A stretch of 64,000 nt of DNA from Selaginella moellendorffii (taxonomy: Eukaryota; Plantae; Lycopodiophyta). The position numbers and the translations under genes are program-made. Below the pieces are notes generated by a model. That model was not told the origin of the DNA, did no database searches, and saw nothing but the letters and a program-made list of their open reading frames with translations. Each line of letters starts with the position of its first letter. Within the stretch, counting starts at the first letter, position 1. The stretch covers positions 1,212,834 to 1,276,833 of the forward strand of contig NW_003314305.1 of assembly GCF_000143415.4 (NCBI RefSeq), given 5' to 3'. Shown here piece after piece: positions 1-20,276 of the stretch.

Positions 1-3000
1 CAGCGCCGTCTCTGTATTGGAACCGTAGAGCAACCGTCACAGCAGTACTGTACTGAGGCAGTGCCGGGATCTTCTTCTAGCATCACTTGACCGGAAGCAA
101 CTGTTGAGGTTCCGCTGTCCGAGTGCAACGACCCCGCACGAGAGTTCTCCGCACCATCATCCATCAGGAGCATGGTTTGCTTTGGCAGGGGCACTTGCAA
201 AAGCCTGGAGGAGACTGCCAGGCTAAAACAAAGAGTAAAAAACATGATTGTTAGACTACTGGTAGGAGATGCAGACTACAGTACAATACCTGCTCGAGGA
301 GCGAACAGCGTCCTGGGGAGCGAAAAGTAGCTTCTCAAGAAGGTTGACCGCCGGAGAGACAGACGAAACAGATAGATGCGCCGAGAGACATTCAGCATAG
401 CCATAGATAAGGTCCACGATAAGCACCACCAAGTCATTGATTGTTTGTGCATCCAATTGGTCGGAGAGGACAAGAATCTCCCACAAAACACCGACAAGGT
501 TTTCAACGAGTGAAGAGCCTTTCAGCACAAAAGATAGCGTCATTAATATGGCGACAACCAAAAGTTGGAACACTTACCATGTCGTTCCAAATACAAAGCC
601 AAATTCGACGGTCGATGAAGTGAGATTTTACAGACCGTCCGAACCTGGTTTGTAAATTCTTGCACCATCCATGACATACGAATGCCACCCAAGGAAAGCT
701 TAGAAGCAAGGAGAGGACACGAACGGGCGACACCGGACAAAGACATCATATCTTTCGCCTGTCAAAGTGGAGCATGTGTTAAAAGAAAAAAATTAAACAG
801 ATTCTAAGCCTACCTGATAGTACGCATCCTTGCTCAAAGATAAAGCTCGCAATACATGTCTGCCAGCCGAGAGTAACAGAGACTGTCTGTCACTTGCAAA
901 TACAACTTCCAGAACAGGCATGCACTTCCCTTTGCAGTTTTCCAGGTTCAGTTCGGAGTCCGGGTTCAGCCGATGGAGAGAATAGAGACCTGACAGGGCT
1001 TTGAAAACCTCGTAGAAAACCTTATCAAGTGTTGAAGCGGTCTGTAGTTTCCTTGTCTTCAAAGCATTGCTCTGAGAAGCTGCGCCCTGGCCTTGATTTT
1101 CCAAGTCTAGAACAGCATCTAGCTTTTCCTTCCATCCGAAATCTTCTTTGGACCTCGCATAAACTTCCAAGCTGTCAATTCTAGGCAATGACGTAGAATT
1201 GAATGTTGGCCCAACTGTCAAAGCAAACTCCTCGTCTGCTGTCAAAGACTCCGAGCTTGTAAACGGCATGTCGTACCAAGACCGAACACCTTCTTCTAGC
1301 CGTATCACCCTCTGAAAAAGTTTCACTTCCGACGGAATATGGCTAGCAGATGTGTTGCCGACATGGATACGGCAGCCAACCATCACCATTTCAACGTTTG
1401 AGTTGAACACGAGTATCTAAAAAACAAAACAAAACACAATTTTAGTAATAAGCGCAGGGAAAAACAATCCGGTACCTTAAAACCACTCGCTGAAGGACTC
1501 TCCAGAAAACCATCATCCGAAGCCAAGCTCATCTTCACACTCTCGGCATCATTGTTCCGGAGGACATCACCACCGATTTTGATGTCCGAAGTGATGCAAG
1601 TTGTCTTCTCAAAAAAGTCCAAAGGAAATACCGCAGGACTCACGGACCGGGTACTGAGGATGGCAGCACCCAGCTTCTTCATTGTTGTCTCAGCACTGGA
1701 AGAAACATGTTGAAACACATGCATGCTACCGTCGTCGTACAGGAGCAGAACGTGACTTCGCTCCTTTGCCATGGACCTATACGAAGAAATACCGTCCACT
1801 CTCAAAGATCCTGCCACTCGCAAATGCTGTCCCTCCAGGCTATTCGTTCGAACATGAACAACTGAAGCCGAGTTACTCTTCTGGCTGGACAGGCAGGAAA
1901 ACAAGCCGCTGCCGTCAAAGACTTCCTTCCAGTGATGAAGACAAGCGGTCTTGCTCTTGTTATCCTGATCGGTCTCGATAACACTGGAGACTTCGGACAA
2001 AGCAGTTGCATCAGCATTCAGGCGTCCAAGCAGAGTGGAGCCATCGCTGAAGGAGGCGAACAGAAGCTTCAGAGACGAGGAATAGTGGACGGAGACACCT
2101 TTTACCGGTCGGCCCTGTTTTGGAATCTGAACCACGTCCGTCAATATACGAGCTCCAGAGTCACTTCCTTTGGAGATACGTTGGGTGTAAAGCGCGCCTT
2201 GCTGTGACAGAACCAGAACCAAAATCTGCCCGTGACTAACAGCACCAAGTGTGGCATCAACAATCTCGTCCTCGAGCACAGTGAAATAATGCATCGGACT
2301 GATCTTGTCCTGCGACAGGTCGTAAATCTTCACAAACTTGTTGGTGACCACCATTAACTCCACCTGTGATCCGACCAGCCAAGTCACCCGACGGATGTAA
2401 GCATCTTGTAGAGCGAGTTCGAGAGCAAGCCTGTCCGTCACTTCTCCCCTTGGACTCACCGTAAAGACGAGGCAATCCTCGTAGCCAGCAACTGCAAGGT
2501 AGCTCTCGTTAGCCGGGTTGAATACCAGCTGCACCACTTCGAAGCGCACAGAGTTTTTAGATAGCGGCTTCACGGTCGTCTTGTCCACTATCACCGGAGT
2601 AGCAGTAGGCTGACCGATAAGCTGTCCAACGTCGAACAGCGTCACTTTGTCACCCTCTCCAGCTGCAAGCCTTCCTCTGCTACTTATCGTAAGAAGCGAC
2701 TTCGAAAGGGATCCGTTCAGTAAGTGAGATCTTAATTCTCGAGAGTTCGGATAGTCCACCTTGATTTTCATGTCAAGAGAACCGCTTTTGTAGGCTCGCT
2801 TCAGCTGGAAAATATCATTCTTCAGTTGTAGTACTTTCTCTTGACCGAGCTGTATCTCGTCATTTCCAGCGGCCTGGATACCATGGCTGAAGGAGCTCAA
2901 AAGTCTTCTACAAAGCTCGAGAAGCTGGCCTTCCAAATCAAGGTTTGAAAGCAAAAGAAGAATCTCCTTCTCGTCGCGCTCGGAGACGGAGAGCTGAAAG

Positions 3001-6000
3001 AATTCCTGGTTCTCTCTGTTGTCATCCGACTCTGTCTCTGAGTCGCTGTCAGAAAGTTGCAACCTCTCGTGAATCGGAAAAAGTTGCTGCTCCGGCGTAC
3101 TACTGGCAAGCTTTGCAGACGGCATCGGAGATACTGTATACTTCCGTGGCTTCAGGCACTGGCAGTTGGTCACTTTAACACCTCCAGCACCACAGTCACA
3201 AAAGAACCTGCTCAACCGCGAGTAAACCACCTTGTGACCACGATGACACACCTTTGCACATACTGAGCAGCATCCCTTGGACACTGTCAAGTCGCAAGTG
3301 TAGCAGAAGTACCAGTGCTGCTCCATAAAATTGCTCCCACTTGATGTGAAGGTGCAAACTCTAGAAGCAAGAAGCCTCTCAGTGTTGATGCCGTCCTCGT
3401 CGTGCTCTCGATCCAGGCTTGTTAGCTCACCATCAGATGTCCCCTCGTCATCGTCTTCGTCGGCAGAGGTAGCATCACAGTCGGCATTTCCCCCCTCTGT
3501 CACCTGAAGAGATTGATCGGAAGGGCCGCGAGGAACTTTAGCCTTTCCAGAGGATGTGCCTTGAGAAGAAGGGTGCTTACTCCTCGAGAATAATATTTTC
3601 CGTGCACCGCATGCCGTCAGCACGGAATTCAAGAACGCAAGTAGCCACTGCAGGCCCTCGAGATGATCGCCATCAGCAGGAACTTTTGATAGCACGTCAA
3701 CCACAGCCCTTGACACATCTTTAAGCAACGGTTCTCCACTTGCCAACTGCACGATCGCCATGAGGTAAGATCTCGCCATCTCAGCTCCATAAAAAGTAAA
3801 TGCTCGCTCCAAGGTCGTGAGCATCGCGTCAAGGATATGAGCTTTAAGCTCCTTCGCTTCGGAAGCGATGATGTTCTGAACGAAACGAACAGCCAGCTCT
3901 CTCACGGGTGAAGACGGAACGGCTTCCTTGTCCCCGATTTTACACCCTGAAATCCGTTGTTCTAACCAGGTTCCAAGTCTATCCCTTTCCATGGCCAGCA
4001 GTTTCTCCTGTAAGTTGCTTCTACACCTAAGCTGGAAACTGCTCGGCTTCTCTAGCAAATCCACAAGAAACCGGAGCATCTGCATGTTCACGGTCTCGTT
4101 GGAGCAGCCATCCAGAACGTCCACGTATGAAGACAGGTTTCCTTGCTCCACAAAAGTCCTCACCCCCTCCTGGCTGTCGGAAGCACCAAACTGAACGCTG
4201 AAGGCTCTGCTTCTCCGGGCATCAGTTCTTATTGTGTTTGTCACTTCCAGAACTTGGCAGACTATTCCTTCACGCAGAGGCTCCGGGACGTGCTTGCTCG
4301 TACACAAGATCTTGAGAATCCACTCTACATGCTTCAACGTGTAGACATCAGCATATAGCTGAACGTGGTCTTCCGGTAAGTTCACCGCAAATAAGATGTT
4401 GGTGCAGAAAATCTCAAGTCTATCGAACGCGCAGTTCATTTTTACCGGCATGATCGTCTTTAGGAGCCCGTCAACCTGGGAGCTGCTCAACTTTACACCG
4501 TCGGTGTCCAAAACGTTCTCGATAGTTTGCAGTAACCCCTCCAAAGTGAGCATGCAAGAAACTAGAGCTGCATCCCCTTGATACGAACAAAGAGGAAAGC
4601 CATGCAGAACAACGGGAGAAAGTGCCCCATCCTTTTCCCAGGCCCCTGCTTTCTTCACAACGCTCGAGAGCTCGTCTGTCCACGTTCTAGACGATTCCCA
4701 CCGTAGAAGTGACCTCAAGACACTCGAGCTACCACCAGCCTTGTCCAACATATCATACCGCCTGTCCTTGGGAAAGTTCGTCCGCAAAACTAGACCGATG
4801 AAAGATACGACGTCTTCAGAGCCAAACTGCTCCAGTAAAATTTGTGAAAGGCAGTAGTCGGCAGCTTTCACGTACCAGCCCACGATGGATGACAAACTTT
4901 GGAGGAGTTGCTCTAGTTGCCCGTTTTCCACAATATAACGCAGAACGTGGTGAAAAAGTATATCTGGGGGACTACGTTGAAGCGGAAGATAAAGCAAGGC
5001 CAGTGTCGCCCCTTGCCTCAATAAATCCCATGACGTCAACTTGATAGAGCCTCCATGCATAGACACTTCCAAGGATTTAAGGGACTGTAGAAAAAACTCC
5101 GCCCACTGCCCCACACCATCCGATGACTGCCGCTGGAAACCGGCAGAGACGCTCTTAGCCACCTTGAAGAAAAACTCCAAGCCAGTAGATGTATCAGAAT
5201 TCCAAGGATGGACCGTCGCAGAACTGGAGCCTTGCAGAATGCTCCAGCATAGCATGAACAAGTATCTCTCCAGTAACAGCTCGTCCACGTTTGTGATAAA
5301 CCTCCCCGTCCAAGCTTCAAGCAGACTAGAAAGATGCGAGTGTAGGCCTTCAACGTCACTGCTAATCACCAGATTCCCCCCAGCCGGACAGCTCACGTCA
5401 AACAGATGTGAAATGCAGCGCTCGTCGATCATATGATGGACCGGCCTCCGAGCAAAAATGGCAGCCCAAGATGGGAAAAGACCCTCCTGGATGGGAAGCT
5501 TGGATGACTTTTGAAACCACATCTGCTTCGACAGGTCCGAAACCAGCCACTTCGGAAAGCTGTTGAAGTGGAAGATAAGATACTTCGCAGCCAGAACCAG
5601 TCTCGAAGTCAGAAGAGCCCAAGGAGCCAAGGAAGCACCGGCAGCTTTCTTTTCGTTGCCGCACGTTGCCAGTGCTGATGATAAAAGGTTCACTATAGCC
5701 AGCCGATTTGGAGAATCCAAAGAGTGGAACGCCATAAACAACACTTCCATGTGAAACCAGGAGGGAACTACTGCCGTGGCCTTGTCCAAGTCCCCTTCGA
5801 AAGCCTTGATGTTCCTCACGTTGTCGACAATCGAATCCAGGAACGATCTCCAAAGATCATGTACCAGAGGATCATTTGACGACGTAACACCTTGACAGAA
5901 CCGGTTTATGAGTACCTTTGCCATCAGTACCAGCATGTTTCCAGACAAACCCCCGGGCGAGTCTCCTTCTTTAGCCATCTGATGGAAAAGATGCGTTTGC

Positions 6001-7951
6001 AATCCCTCCGATAGGACTCCTCTATCAACCAGAGTAATCAGCACGTCAAAGGAGCATTTCTGAAGCTCTGCCAGCAAGTCTAGACTGCCTTCTAGTTCCT
6101 GGTCGTCTACCCGAGCCTGCTTTCCAGTGTGAGATCGATGTATCTCCAATAGCTCATCAAGATGACAAGTTGATAGATGAGCCCGAACCACCTCGAACGT
6201 AGGCTTGTGCCATTCCGAGGAGAGTATAAAGTCCCTTATGAAGCACAAAAGGTGAGATGACGCCTGGAGAAGAGCGTTATGCATTCCGTCAGCTTTCCTG
6301 GGAGCTGGAGCAGTCTGCACTGTTTCTTCCGAGTTGACCGAATGCCTTCCCGATTCTGAAAACAAATCCCCAAACAGAGCATCGTCTTCACTTGCCACAG
6401 TCAAGGAATCCATGGAAACGGTTGCCGAGTCCTCCTCACTGTGGATCGACGAAGGCATCTCCAGAACGGGCTTCAACTTCACACCTTGGACTTGAAGAAT
6501 AGCTGCTGCTGCAAAGAGGTCGTTAAGCCACTCGCCACTCGACGGAAAGATGGTCTCCAGATGTTCCGACCTGCTTCTTGCTTGATTCAGTCTGAAGTCC
6601 TGTGATCTAAACTCTATCGAGCCTACCAGCTCCTCCGCTGGCACTTTTCCCCCATACCGCCCTTCCGAAACATGAAACTGGTCAGCTTGCAAAAGCCGCA
6701 AGACGTAGCTCACGAGCTGCGGCGTACAATCTGTGTCCTGTCGTAGTTTCACTCCGTTCATTTCCTCGAGAATGGACGCTGCCAGAAAGGTCCTCACGTT
6801 CTGAGATATAACATGATCCGGGAAAAAACTCTCGCAGAAAACCAGTAACGCGTCCATCAGCAAAGGCAAGGACGTAGCCCCTTCCTGAACGTCGTCGACA
6901 TCAAAAAACCGGTTATCCCTGGTGCCGCTCTTTAGTATGTCCCGCAGAGCGGATGCGAATCTAACCACCTCTGTAACAGTCCCTTGAACAGAAGCCCGGT
7001 GTCGTGAGAGCCTTGCCAAGTTCCCCAGAAAGCTAAAAACCTCCGTAGCAAAAGATAGCCCGTCCCCGTCTAAATCTACAACCAGACCTGTGCACAGTGC
7101 CGAAAGACGCTGGAAACAACCCAAGCTGACGATCGAATGCTGCTGCGTGACATCTACTAAGTTCTGCCCCCGCCTGCTTAGTAGCTCCTTGTCTATCTCA
7201 CTTCCACTCCTCAAACTGTCACGGACAAGCTGGTCATTAGATAAAACGGCCAAGATGTTTTGAGACCACCCGGTGCCTTCGTCTTGGTTGATATGTACAT
7301 CTACAAAGAGCAAAAAGTTTACGCATTGAAGGCACACACAGAAATGCTTACCCCGATCACCGTGATGGCTATCGTGCTTATTTACAGACACCAGCAAACT
7401 GATCATAAGATCCGGTGGAACTCCAGCCGAAGAAAAATGCGGTAGCCTCTCAGCTTTTCCATCCAAAGTCACAGCCTCCAAGAGCTGCAAGAGCTTTTGC
7501 TGCATCTGGAAACGCGATTGAATCGACGTGAGCAAAAGAGATTGCAAAGTTACCGCCTCATCCGATCGAAACGAAGGAGTTTCGAGACTTTGAATGCAGA
7601 GCTCCGCAGTGAGGAAAAAAATCCGCTGTAGAGAAGAATACTGTCCTTCCTCTGTCACAGAGCTGGAAATAAGAACCCTAATCAAGCTCACGAGAGCTAG
7701 CTAAGCTCACCTGATGCTAGATCCCAGGACGAGGCAACGACAGCGCTGAGGATTCCCAGGAGCTGCTCCAGCTGCTGGCTGCTCCACTGCGCAATGCCGG
7801 AATCTCCATCGCCGTTTCGGTTAACCGCCTCCAAAGCCGTGGCAAGCTGATCCAACCCTTGCTGGACTCCCGGATCCCGCAGGCTCTGCGACAGGCAGCG
7901 GTCGCCAAGCACCTCCAAGAGCTTGCGCTGCGCCTCCGCCGCTTCCTCCAT
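1..7951 (-). CDS. BIG: Auxin transport protein BIG (UBR4/p600 orthologue), 5' portion; continues beyond the left edge of the window
   Basis: ATG at 7951; exon 1 to 7711; about 6.2-kb exon 2 (about 7651-1476); further exons 1416-814, 758-578 and 518-290 with GT-AG introns. UBR-box CTFTSSGSNFMEQHWYFCYTCDLTVSKGCCSVCAKVCHRGH...RFFCDCG and BIG-type segments (FPLDFFEKTTCIT, LPRIDSLEVYAR). Confidence 0.96.
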
Positions 7952-8201
7952 GGCACGCCGCCGCCGCTAGCAAATCCTCTGCCTCGTTCCTCCCCGCCAA
8001 AACCCTAGAAAACCTCGCGGCATCGCGGATTCTCTCCAGCTGAAGACCTAGGGCATTCGTCCCAGCGCCTCGATCCACACAGGCGAGAGATTCCCATAAA
8101 ATATTTCTCTCCCAATGTCGGCCAAACAGACAAATGCCATGTAAGATCGTTTTGAAATAATGCCATGGTGCTTTCTTTCCTAATAGTTTAGGGTTCTTGC
8201 T
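7952..8201. promoter_or_regulatory. Compact (250 bp) bidirectional promoter region between BIG and the ABC1 kinase
   Basis: Divergent start codons at 7951(-) and 8202(+). Telo-box-like motifs (aaaaccctag near 8000, tttagggtt near 8187). Confidence 0.6.
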
Positions 8202-10376
8202 ATGGCGCTCACTAGCGCGTCCACGAGAGCGCCATACGCGCTCAATGCGGCATTTCCAGGCGCGCGCCAGCTCCAGGTAAGCTCGAATCGCGTTTCGATT
8301 TCACCCGATTTCACCGAAAATCCATTGCCAGGTGCTGAGAATGCCGAATTTCGCGAAGTCGCGGCAGTGCCGGCTCTCCGTGCGAGCAAGAACAGCGTCA
8401 TCGTCCTCTCCCTTTCCAAGACCGGCCGAATCTCAATCGGGTAAGCAATGCGATTCATCGAACGATTGGTTTTAGCTTTGCTCCTCCAATGCCAGGGAAA
8501 TTCAACGATCTTCTCGCGGATATCTTTCGCATGACTGTTGATACCGGGCCTCGAGGCGTCCTTCGTTTGGCTCAAGCCGTGGAAGCCGTCGTCTCCATTG
8601 GAGCACAGTGGTTTGTGGAGCAAGCTCAAGTATACTCGTTTGCTCCCTCGCTCCAGATTTTCGTGCTTAGTTTCGTGCGAAAATTGTGACCAGGGTGGAT
8701 CCACACTAAGCAGCTCTCCACCTCGGCTCTTGAGACGCCTCTTTGAGAGGCTCGGTGCTACTTACATAAAATTGGGCCAGGTAGTGTTCGTATCTCTTTT
8801 CTTTCTTTCTTTCTTTCTTTTTTTTTCTCTCTTCTTTGGTTTGTGTTTCTGACTCTTAATTTTTCTCTGACAGTTTATCGCATCGTCTCCATCGTTGTTT
8901 CCCGACGAGTACGTGAACGAGTTTCAAAGTTGCCTCGATCGCACTCCGGCTATACCTTTTGCTGATGTCAAAGCTATCATTCAGGAAGACCTGGGACGCT
9001 CTCTGGATGATGTTTATGAGTATGTGGATAGCGCTCCTCTTGCCTCGGCGTCTATTGCTCAGGTGAATGCTTTTTTTATGTTTTTCTTTTGAGTTTCGTA
9101 TGTTTATTTTTTTTTCCTCGAGCTTAGGTACATGCTGCACGGCTGAAGGGAAGCAAGAAAGATGTTGTTATCAAGGTACTAAAGCCTGGAGTAGTGGATG
9201 TGCTGAGAGCAGATTTAAACTTTTTGTACGTTGCCGCGCGTGTTTTGGAGTTTCTCAATCCACAAATAAGTCGAACATCTTTGGTAAGCTGTTTTGTCTT
9301 CGTTTTCCCTGTTACAAGGGTCACTTCTTTCAGGTATCCGTTATAGGTGATTTGAGAACATCGATTATGGAAGAGGCGGACTTCCAAAAGGAAGCTGTCA
9401 ACGTTGAATCGTTTCGAACGTATCTAGAAACCATGAACCTTTTCAAACAAGCAACTGCACCAGTTGTGTATCGCCATTGTAGCACTCGGCGAGTGCTGAC
9501 GATGGAGCGTTTGTATGGGGTACCTTTAACAGATCTAAAGTCCATCAGCTCAATTGTTCCAAATCCGGAAGCAACGTTGATCACTGCCTTAAATGTCTGG
9601 TAAGTCTTGCTTTAGGTCTTTGACTTAACTACTTAGTTTGTCTGTAGGTTTGGAAGTTTACTTGGCTGCGAGACATTTCATGCAGACGTGCATGCGGGCA
9701 ACCTTTTGGTGCTTCGGGATGGTCGAATCGGTTTTATTGATTTCGGTAACTTATACATGTTTTGAGCCACTGTAGCTTATGTCTTGTATCTGCCGCAGGA
9801 ATTGTTGGCCGCGTTTCTCCTAAGACGTGGGTAGCCGTAGAAACGTTTTTGGCTTCCTTTGGAACCGGGGATTACTATGCAATGGCAACTGCACTTAATC
9901 AAATGGGTGCTACAGACAAGAAGGTGGATTTACTTCGTTTTTCTAAAGATTTGGAGAAGATTTTTAGTGCTGTTAAGGTATGTAATGAAAAGAATTTTAA
10001 AATGATGCACCGACACCCGTTAGCGACATAGGATTTGGACTCGGACATTCGCATCACAACTGCTGGTGGACCACAAGGAGCTACTGTTGCTGCTACTTTG
10101 GCTGTTGATGAGCGACAAATAAACGCTTTGCTTCTTGATGTGGTATGTTTCTGATTATTTCTGATTACTCTTAAGACACCAGTACATTCTGCTATATCCT
10201 TGAAACAGTTTCGCTTAAGTGAGGCTTATGGATTGAGGTTCCCACGCGAGTTCGGTCTTCTACTCAAACAACTATTGTATTTTGATCGGTATACTCGCCT
10301 TCTCGCACCCGACCTGAAGGTCCTTCAGGACGAGCGAGTTATTATTGGAAAGACGGATAGAAGATACAGCTACTGA
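8202..10376 (+). CDS. ABC1/UbiB atypical kinase, plastid-targeted, At5g05200/ABC1K9-like (multi-exon)
   Basis: Spliced motifs LRRLFERLGATYIKLGQ, PLASASIAQVH, VVIKVLKPG, VLTMERLYG, FHADVHAGNL, IGFIDFG, LRFPREFGLLLKQLLYFDRY. Ser/Arg-rich transit-like N-terminus. Stop TGA 10374-10376. Confidence 0.9.
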
Positions 10377-10449
10377 ATCCCGAAAAGCTATAGACAAGTA
10401 AGCCACAGCTTTATTGTTCGCAAAAGCTTAAATCACACTTAACATGTTT

Positions 10450-11702
<1,253 letters not shown>

Positions 11703-12087
11703 CTATGATCGAGAACAGGTACACATACATGGTCAAGGTTGGTAGGCTTTCAGTGGATTGAAAGTTTCAAAGTCTGGTTTTTTTGCAGGTACGCATGACA
11801 AATGTTCATGATGTGATTGGCATTCTGCGGCTCGCGTCAGTCGCAACTTTACAAGCAAAATGATTTGACACCGATGCTTTTTCGAGGTAACTTTTAATAT
11901 TTCTTGTTTTAGCTTCAGACAATATGATGGCTACAGTGCAGGCATGTCTGCTGTAGTGCTATAACGGAAAGGAAATTCAGAAAGCGAAGCACAGCCTTTT
12001 GGTATGTGAAATTATTTCATTTGACTTGTCTCTTTGAGGAATCTCTGATGCGATTGTTGTGATAGTGTTACAAGAGTATCTCATTCT

Positions 12088-13332
<1,245 letters not shown>

Positions 13333-13882
13333 TCAAAAGCGAGCAACTTTATAGCGGACGAGACCACGAACTTAACGGACGGGTAAATTCCAAGATGGAT
13401 TGACACGGTCTCGATTATACGTCAGAGCTTTTAAAGTTTCAACACCAACCAGCACTATGGAACATGATTATACCGCGGCAGCTTCGCAGGATTCTAGAAA
13501 CGAAGTCCTGTTGGCATTACTCGACGCATCAATCTCTCTCTGGAACTTTGACGCGGCTAAGGTAAGCAGTCTTTCCCTTCTCTTTTTCTTCTCACTGTGG
13601 ATTCTTTTGTTTCTTCTTGATAGATTCTTCCGAAATTTTCAAACTTAACTGATGCGTGTGACTGCCACCCCTTGACGTTGAGCGTCAGATCCGCAAAGAA
13701 AAATAATATCGCGGTCAATAAGACGATAATGGTTGTTCCGTTATCACCGGGAACCAGCTCTCTATCAACCGAACAAAAAGTGTTTATCAGCAAACACAGG
13801 TAAACAGTGATACCTTAAAATATTGCATACCTCTAGTGGATGTTTTTAACGTGATTTCCATCCAGGCAACTGCTGTCACTCG

Positions 13883-17626
<3,744 letters not shown>

Positions 17627-18305
17627 TGAAACTCTCGTTTTAAAACAAGAAAAAAGCTATGCATCTTCACAACTTACATGCTTTTCTAAAGCGACCACAG
17701 AAAAGTTCTTCTTAGAGTCATCGAGAACGCCTTCACCTCTCAATCCCTGTGACGAATTCATCAAAATCCAGCCTATGGAATGCTATATGGCAAGAATTAC
17801 ACTCTTTCTCGGCCCGATCCATGAAGAATTCCTCCTCGCAGCGTTTCCCTCCCACTTATCATTCGCTTCCTGCGACTTTCGAAGAAACTCCAGCGTCAAT
17901 ATACAATGCCGCGAGAGTAGAAGGCAAGAAATCTACCTCTATCCAAGCTCCTCGCCTGGAAATCGTCACAGCATCGCAGCGCAATCCGGCATTGCGCTCG
18001 GCAGTGGCGAAGCACGGCTCCCGGCGACGGATTAGCAGCGAATACCCCGAGTGAAGCAGCGACATTCCAGGGAAACACGATCGTGATTGCAATTGAGCGC
18101 CGCGAGAGCATCGATTCTCTCCTCGTCGCCCTAGCTGGGCTAGAAGATCACAAAAACCCTGCTGACAAACGACTAGAATTCTGCCACGTGGGACCACACG
18201 TCTTTTGCCACTTGTCACATTCTATAGTACCGCAATTTTCGAAAGCCACTCGCGCTTGTGCTTGGATTCCTCGTGATTTTTTTCTAGGGTTTTTAGCTGG
18301 GAGCG

Positions 18306-19307
18306 ATGCTTGCTAAAAGCATAGTGCCGATCGATAGATGGAAAGCTGCGCTGGCGCCAATGTGTATGCATTTCAGTCGCCAAGCGAAATCTTCAAGCGA
18401 TGGCGCAGCATTGGCATACACAACAATCTCGTCCAGGGTTTCTTCGCAGTGCGAGATCAAACGAAGTAAGTTCATCACCACAGCAGCTCCAGTGGACAAC
18501 GAACAAGGCGCATTGGCATTCCTCTCCGAGGTTTAGTTTTTCAAAAAAGAAAATCGCGATCATAGCTCATTTCTTTTGTTTCTAAGGTCTCGGATCCACG
18601 CGCAACTCACAATTGCTGGGCTTACAAGGTGGTTCTTTTAGTTCGCCTTCTTCTTCTTTTTTTTGCTTGAATGTTTCATTTTCTTCCAGCTTAGATCAAA
18701 GAACGCTATCGTTTTAGCGATGATGGAGAGCCTGGAGGAACGGCAGGACGGCCAATCTATGCTGCCATAGAAAATTCTGGTGTGGATGGAGTTATGGTCG
18801 TTGTCACGAGGTACCTATCATCGTTTTTCCAAACGAAAGAACAAAGGCAGGCTAATTGGAAATCCAGGTACTTTGGTGGAACGAAGCTTGGAACTGGAGG
18901 ACTCGTTCGAGCTTATGGAGGAATCGCTGCTGACTGCCTCAAAGACGCACCGACGCACATTGTCAAAGCAAAGGTTTTCTTATGTAGTTTGGTGTTGTCT
19001 CCTGACTTGCATCGAGTTTGTAGATCTCCCTGGTTCTCAAGTTTGGGTTTGATCATCTTGGAGCTGTGTACCCTCTTGTAAGCTTTGGTGTTATTAGTTT
19101 TGTTCTTTCTGTCTTGATGGGCGATGAATCCAGCTTCAGCTTCACGGAGCCGAGAACATTAAAGAAAGCTATGACGAAGATGATGAAAGTAGCAGCGTAG
19201 AAATCCAACTCTCGCTCGATGCTGGTAGAGCTGACGAACTTGAAAGCTCTCTCACCAATGCATGCAGAGGAGGCATCACAATTCAACGAGCAACAACCAA
19301 CTCCTAG
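18306..19307 (+). CDS. IMPACT/YigZ (UPF0029) family protein, apparently intact, 6 exons
   Basis: Splices by eye to ...[17 protein letters not shown]|[14 protein letters not shown]|[21 protein letters not shown]...VVVTR|[18 protein letters not shown]...KAK|[18 protein letters not shown]|[14 protein letters not shown]...TNS*, with stop TAG 19305-19307. Confidence 0.85.
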
Positions 19308-19394
19308 AGTAAAAGGTTATTTTTCTCTCCTTTAACTTAAGCTTTAGAGCTAACTAGATTTCTGCTTCTCCTTTTAATTCTTCCTGCTGAAGCT

Positions 19395-20268
19395 TAGCGC
19401 TGGAGCTTCAAACATACTTACTCTCCTGGCTACCAGCCGCAGACGTAGCATGGTCCAAGCTGGTATGCAAGGGCTCGCATGCTGGATGATCCAAGTTTCA
19501 GGCTCCTGCGGAGGCAAAATGGTCACTCGACCGTCTTGTTGCTTCACGAATGACTTGATGAACCCACTCGCTACTTGCAATATCATCTTCCAGCAGCTTC
19601 GGTAGTACTTTTGTACTGCATTTCCTTGAAATAACAACGTCGCTCTTTTGCAGAAAGAAACCAGTCATGAAAGAGCTGCCAGATTCTTGGGAGTCTCGGT
19701 TTGCACCCGAAGCTTCTGTGCCATATCTTTCTCATGGCGGCCTCGTCTTATGCCGGTTTCGAATCCACTGACGCAGCAATGGGTCCTATCGACAGTTCTA
19801 TCGACAACTGCACACAGGTGCTGGCGACGATATGTCAGTGACGGCAAGCAATTCTTCCGGATCTGGATCTCCCCGTACCTGTTTGACTCGAGGCTGGGTA
19901 TTAGGACACTTTCTTGCTACCAAACCGTTTGCCTGACATCTCTCAACACGGTGTTCATCAGAGGTTTGCAGTACGATCTCGGTTACTTCTCGCACCACTC
20001 CGCACTTGTGCTACTCCAGATCGCTAAACTCCAGTGGCGGAGTTTAGCGGATCCAAATGGAGTTTAGTGGAGTGCTGTGGATAGCTCTTTGACATGCTGT
20101 GGGATACATGATTCTAAGGCTGTGGTCGCGGTGCTGGACAGAGAAAAACAACCATGGACGTGGAAAGAGGTGGCAACTTTAGAGGGCAACTTTCACAGCT
20201 GGGACTTTCGCAAGTGCTGTACGCATGGAAGCCTTACGTTTGCGGTTCTGTCGATGGGAGTGGCTTGA
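19395..20268 (+). pseudogene. F-box gene remnant (frameshifted paralogue of 32933-33779)
   Basis: Nucleotide similarity to 32933-33450 (tccaagctggtatgcaag..., AVVAVLDREK.PWTWKEVATLEG). Broken reading frames. Confidence 0.55.
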
Positions 20269-20276
20269 GGAGGCTT

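Noticed and set aside
13457-13561. LLALLDASISLWNFDAAK, a possible WD40 repeat fragment followed by a GT donor
   Set aside because: Single short motif with no further exons supported.
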